Shown: positions 59,911 to 64,000 of the stretch, one piece after another | Numbering within the stretch: the first letter of the stretch is position 1 | Layout: each line of letters opens with the position of its first letter | IMG/VR virus record: IMGVR_UViG_3300030107_006644 | Location: 141,518 to 205,517 of that record | Strand: one strand, 5' to 3' | Length of the DNA stretch: 64,000 bases | The notes under the pieces: generated by a model | Seen by the model: the letters and a program-made list of their open reading frames with translations, nothing else | Databases searched by the model: none | What the model was told of the DNA's origin: nothing | Program-made: the position numbers and the translations under genes

Positions 59911-61500
59911 ATGTGTGGAATATTTGCCTATTATGGTAAAGACTACGAACTACAGGATATACAGGAACAGATAACCTCTATTAGATACAGAGGTCCGGAC
60001 AGTACGTCATACAGCATGCCAGATAGAGACTTGCTGATGGCTTTTCATAGGTTATCAATTGTAGGTATAGACAACGGCAATCAGCCGTTGCGCCACCCTG
60101 CAGACGAAAATTTATCGTTGATCTGCAATGGTGAGATCTATAATTATAAAGAGCTTATTTCTAAGTTTGGTTTCGAGTCGGCAACCGATTCAGATTGTGA
60201 AGTAATATTGCACTTGTATGAAAAATTTGGAATAGCCGAAACCGTTACAATGTTGGACGGTGTATTCGCATTTGTACTATATGATGAAAATACTAAAACA
60301 CTCTATTCGGCTAGAGATACATACGGTGTGCGCCCAAGTTTTATTGGATATCGTGGAGACGATATAATAATAGCATCGGAAGCAAAGGCTGTTGCGCCGC
60401 TTTGCTCAAAAGTGTTGCCCTTTCCTCCGGCTACTTGGTGGTCCTCAGCCGAGCCAAATGCTTTTATTTCTTACAAAAATACACTTTTCCGCCACCCAGT
60501 AGAAGCACCCGAACAAGAAATTTGCAACACCATTAACACTCTGTTGACAGAAGCGGTAGATAAACGTATGATGTCCGAGCGCGAAATTGGATGCCTGCTC
60601 TCAGGAGGATTAGACTCTAGCTTGATAGCTGCTCTGGTATCTAGAAATATTACCGATGGAAAGCTTAAAACCTTTTCTATTGGCATGCCCGGAAGTATTG
60701 ACGTTGAATATGCAAGAAAAGTGGCAAAACATATAGATTCAGATCATCACGAAGTTGTAATTTCGCCAGAAGAGTTTATCGATGCGATAGAAACCGTGAT
60801 TTATCACACCGAATCATATGATACGACAACGGTTAGAGCAAGTGTTGGCAATTATTTGGTATCAAAATACATACGCGAAAACACGGATTGCAAAGTTGTA
60901 TTTAACGGAGACGGCAGCGATGAGGTGTGCATGGGGTATGTATATAATCAGAACGCCCCTAACGAACGTGAGTTTTACGAAGAGAATAATAGACTTTTAG
61001 ATGAAATATATTTATATGATGTGTTAAGATCTGATAGGAGTATAAGTTCCAATGGCTTGGAGCCTAGAACACCATTCTTGGATAAAAAGTTCGTAGACTT
61101 TTATATGAGGGTTCCACCACACCTAAAAATGTTTAACGGTAAAGATAGGATAGAAAAATACTTGCTTAGAAAGGCATTCGCAGAAGATAATCTATTACCG
61201 GAAGATGTGTTGTGGAGAGCAAAGTGTGCGTTTTCTGATGGAGTAAGCAATATAAACAACTCATGGCATAAGATAATACAAAAGTATGTTGACAGTAAGG
61301 TAACTGATGAGGAGTTCCACGTACACAAATTAAAGATTAAGCACTGTCCACCAGTTTTGAAGGAAAGTTATTATTATCGAAAGATGTTTAACAATATGTT
61401 TCAGCCGTCGATGGCGCACCTAATTCCAAGATTTTGGATGCCTCGATGGACAAATACGAAAGATCCGTCAGCTAGAGAACTATCTAATTATAAGGAGTAA
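59911..61500 (+). CDS. asnB: Asparagine synthetase B (glutamine-hydrolysing)
   Basis: MCGIF, RGPD, HRLSIV, NGEIYN, LSGGLDSS, GDGSDE, LEPRTPFLD. Confidence 0.95.
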   Translation: MCGIFAYYGKDYELQDIQEQITSIRYRGPDSTSYSMPDRDLLMAFHRLSIVGIDNGNQPLRHPADENLSLICNGEIYNYKELISKFGFESATDSDCEVILHLYEKFGIAETVTMLDGVFAFVLYDENTKTLYSARDTYGVRPSFIGYRGDDIIIASEAKAVAPLCSKVLPFPPATWWSSAEPNAFISYKNTLFRHPVEAPEQEICNTINTLLTEAVDKRMMSEREIGCLLSGGLDSSLIAALVSRNITDGKLKTFSIGMPGSIDVEYARKVAKHIDSDHHEVVISPEEFIDAIETVIYHTESYDTTTVRASVGNYLVSKYIRENTDCKVVFNGDGSDEVCMGYVYNQNAPNEREFYEENNRLLDEIYLYDVLRSDRSISSNGLEPRTPFLDKKFVDFYMRVPPHLKMFNGKDRIEKYLLRKAFAEDNLLPEDVLWRAKCAFSDGVSNINNSWHKIIQKYVDSKVTDEEFHVHKLKIKHCPPVLKESYYYRKMFNNMFQPSMAHLIPRFWMPRWTNTKDPSARELSNYKE

Positions 61501-61503
61501 AAA

Positions 61504-61722
61504 ATGAAACCAATAAAAAGAGTATTACCAAAAGGGACAGCTGTATGTCGTTCAATTTTGGGGCACTACAATTTTCAATATCCTGCTGAAGATTGTACTG
61601 TGTTAACCAAGGATGTTGAGGTCGAACCTCTCAACTGGATCGGCTCACAGACTCACTATGCATACAGGACTACAAGTTTGGATGCCAATTGTGTTTTGTG
61701 GAGCATACTAAAGTTACGCTAA
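61504..61722 (+). CDS. Hypothetical protein
   Basis: AAGGAG SD; 72 aa. Confidence 0.6.
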   Translation: MKPIKRVLPKGTAVCRSILGHYNFQYPAEDCTVLTKDVEVEPLNWIGSQTHYAYRTTSLDANCVLWSILKLR

Positions 61723-61764
61723 TTAACAAGCAGTAGACTAATTAATTACGATATAGGAATATAG

Positions 61765-63078
61765 ATGGCTAAAAAGACCTACGTCATAGATACTAGCGCG
61801 TATCTCACAGACAGTCAATGCATTTATAAATATGGCAACAACGACATTGTAGTTCCTCTCAAGGTACTAGAAGAGATCGATAAGCATAAGAAACGGCAAG
61901 ACTCTGTTGGGATAAACGCTAGAGGTATCATCAGAACACTAGATTCACTGAGAGAAAAGGGCAACCTTCATCGAGGAGTACGCCTTGCAAAAGGTCAGGG
62001 AATTGTTAGAGTTAAGTCTGGAGCAGTAGACTTGTTACCTCCAGATTTAGATAGAAGACAGGCGGACCACATAATTATATCAACCGCCTTATCTTTGAAA
62101 AAAGCAGAGCCAAGCAAGAAAGTTATTATCGTAACGCGCGACATTAATATGCGAGTTATTTGCGATTCTATTAATGTAGAATGTCAAGATTACATTTCCA
62201 ATCAGGTGGTCGAGCGTGCAGAGAACATATATTCTGGATTCGCAGAATGTTTAGTTGATGATCAAATAGTGGATAGATTTTATGATGACGAAGAAATCGT
62301 GTTAGAGGATACAAAACACCTTCACCCCAATCAATTTATTATGCTAATCTCTAATGCGAACGATAAGAAGACTGCATTAGCTATCTTTGTAGATCACGAA
62401 AAGCCAATTAAACGTCTGATTAACTACAAAAATGGTATATGGAAGGTTAAATCTAGAAACAAAGAACAAATGTTTGCGATGAATCTGCTGATGAATCCGA
62501 ACATTCCAATCGTTTCATTGGTAGGTCGAGCCGGCTCGGGTAAGACTTTGTGCGCAATTGCTGCTGGCTTGGAACAAATTATGGGTAATGATGAGAAAAC
62601 CTATAAGAGACTTATAGTTTCCCGCCCAGTGCAACCTCTTGGTAAAGATATCGGCTTTCTTCCGGGAACAATGGAAGAGAAGATGCACCCTTGGTTAATG
62701 CCCGTACAAGACAATCTTCAATTTCTTATGGGTGATGATAGAGCAACTTTAGAGTTGTATATGGAAAAGGGGCAAATTGAAGTAGAAGCTTTGACCTATA
62801 TTCGCGGTCGTTCGATATCAAATGCATACATTATTATTGATGAAGCTCAAAATTTAACAACACACGAAATTAAGACTATTATTACGAGAGTGGGAGAAGG
62901 GACAAAAATAATTTTTACAGGGGATATTGAGCAGATTGATAACGTGTACGTTGATGAAACTACAAATGGCCTGACTTATGCAATTGAAAAGCTTAAAAAC
63001 TCCGATTTAACAGGTCATATTACGCTGCAAAAGGGCGAAAGAAGCAAGGTTGCAACGCTTGCAGCAAAAATGTTATAG
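61765..63078 (+). CDS. phoH: PIN-domain PhoH-family ATPase
   Basis: YVIDT (PIN), GRAGSGKT, RGRS, IDEAQN, GDIEQID, ERS. Confidence 0.95.
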   Translation: MAKKTYVIDTSAYLTDSQCIYKYGNNDIVVPLKVLEEIDKHKKRQDSVGINARGIIRTLDSLREKGNLHRGVRLAKGQGIVRVKSGAVDLLPPDLDRRQADHIIISTALSLKKAEPSKKVIIVTRDINMRVICDSINVECQDYISNQVVERAENIYSGFAECLVDDQIVDRFYDDEEIVLEDTKHLHPNQFIMLISNANDKKTALAIFVDHEKPIKRLINYKNGIWKVKSRNKEQMFAMNLLMNPNIPIVSLVGRAGSGKTLCAIAAGLEQIMGNDEKTYKRLIVSRPVQPLGKDIGFLPGTMEEKMHPWLMPVQDNLQFLMGDDRATLELYMEKGQIEVEALTYIRGRSISNAYIIIDEAQNLTTHEIKTIITRVGEGTKIIFTGDIEQIDNVYVDETTNGLTYAIEKLKNSDLTGHITLQKGERSKVATLAAKML

Positions 63079-63085
63079 AATTTTC

Positions 63086-63114
63086 TTGACAACCTATAAA
63101 TTTGTGATTATAAT
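63086..63114 (+). promoter_or_regulatory. Consensus sigma70 promoter
   Basis: TTGACA-17-TATAAT. Confidence 0.85.
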
Positions 63115-63131
63115 ATAAAGGAGTATATAAA

Positions 63132-63422
63132 ATGAAATCAAATGAAAATCCGACTTTGACACAAGCGGTAGATAGTACAACGGCACTAAAGGAGTGGCTT
63201 GTTAACTATGTTGGCGAGCAGCAAGAGCCAGAAAACGGCGAAGTTACTGTCGAAATGATAGTTAACACTGTAGCTGATGAATTTCCTGAGTTTTTGCTGG
63301 TAGTTGCAGAAGAGAATTGGGTTAGAGGATATCACCAAGCAATGATTGATGTCGAGTCGCTTGAGCGCAAAGCTCTCCAAGAAGTCGACAGTATGGATAA
63401 TAACACGACCAATGAGGGATAA
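63132..63422 (+). CDS. Hypothetical phage protein
   Basis: AAGGAG SD; LKEWLVNYVG...EFPEFLL.VAEENW.RGY. Confidence 0.75.
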   Translation: MKSNENPTLTQAVDSTTALKEWLVNYVGEQQEPENGEVTVEMIVNTVADEFPEFLLVVAEENWVRGYHQAMIDVESLERKALQEVDSMDNNTTNEG

Positions 63423-64000
63423 TCTAACAAAATATATTCAAAAATCTGCAACAGGACAAAAAGAAGACCAGCGTGTGATGTATAACAAGCTACCTTTTAT
63501 GGTAAAAGACCCGTTGCCAGAGAATATCAGTTTAGCCAACATTATTAAGACTATTGAATCATATGTACCAGAAAAGTTTACTGTCGGAATCGATATGGTC
63601 TTTGTTGGTCAGTTTGAAGACGTGGTTGAGAGAGATGCTACGTCTTTGTGGGCAGATGGGGCAATATTTGTAGATAACGAACAGGACAATGACGACGATA
63701 TTATAGAAGATATAATTCATGAAATAGCTCATGCTGTAGAAGACAGTTATATGCTAGAGGTGTATGGCGATGATTCCATTGAGAATGAGTTTTTGTTAAA
63801 ACGCCGACACTTATATGATATACTGGAGTCTCAAGGATTAGCAGATAATATACAGCCATTCTTATCTCTGCAATATGATTTGGAGTTTGACAAATATTTA
63901 TACAAAACTATTGGATATGAGCGCTTAACTTGGCTTACAATGGGGTTATTTGTATCTCCCTACGGAGCAACGTCTTTAAAGGAGTATTTTGCCAACGGAT
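63412..64000 (+). CDS. HExxH metallopeptidase-like protein, 3' truncated by the window edge (not in the ORF track)
   Basis: ATG 63412, open to the end; IIHEIAHAVE; SLKEYFANG. Confidence 0.8.
   Translation, partial: MRDNLTKYIQKSATGQKEDQRVMYNKLPFMVKDPLPENISLANIIKTIESYVPEKFTVGIDMVFVGQFEDVVERDATSLWADGAIFVDNEQDNDDDIIEDIIHEIAHAVEDSYMLEVYGDDSIENEFLLKRRHLYDILESQGLADNIQPFLSLQYDLEFDKYLYKTIGYERLTWLTMGLFVSPYGATSLKEYFANG

Noticed and set aside
1-64000. Cellular chromosome origin (groEL, asnB, clpP, ssrA, tRNAs)
   Set aside because: Single-strand gene orientation, no ribosomal or core operons, many tiny hypotheticals, giant virion-type proteins and phage-style promoter arrays
1-64000. Stop-codon reassignment
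   Set aside because: Code-11 ORFs tile the window with coupled starts and stops, recognisable enzymes are uninterrupted, and no suppressor tRNA was seen

Overview
64 kb of a large dsDNA tailed phage (jumbo-phage-like). It is gene-dense and essentially all credible genes are on the + strand; standard code 11 tiles the window. Segments: (1) 1-15.7 kb: 5'-truncated GroEL, glutaredoxin, two very large probable virion/internal-head proteins carrying M23-peptidase and DUF2272/CHAP-like domains, HAD nucleotidase, trypsin-like protease, vWA lipoprotein, cupin. (2) 15.7-32.6 kb: early/accessory region of short genes organised by 12 copies of a fixed-geometry promoter element (TTGACA +11 TTGACA +14/15 TTGAC -17- TATATT/GATAAT). 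It holds about 25 paralogous MKVGDLV (SH3/KOW-like) mini-genes, ten of them in a tandem array chained by a conserved coding junction, plus a 167-nt candidate ncRNA and a MoxR-AAA/vWA-peptidase pair. (3) 32.6-33.45 kb: non-coding, strand-skewed region with direct repeats (candidate origin or terminus) followed by a multi-HTH HNH protein. (4) 35.9-53 kb: large probable virion proteins and a ligase-like/HIGH-nucleotidyltransferase fusion. (5) 53-64 kb: Fis-like HTH, redoxin, tmRNA, four canonical tRNAs, a D-arm-less tRNA-Ile(UAU)-like RNA, ClpP, cytidylyltransferase, TrmH, AsnB, PhoH. All product calls come from motifs read by eye; no database search was run. The host is not determinable; the lipoprotein types are weakly suggestive of Myxococcota/deltaproteobacteria.
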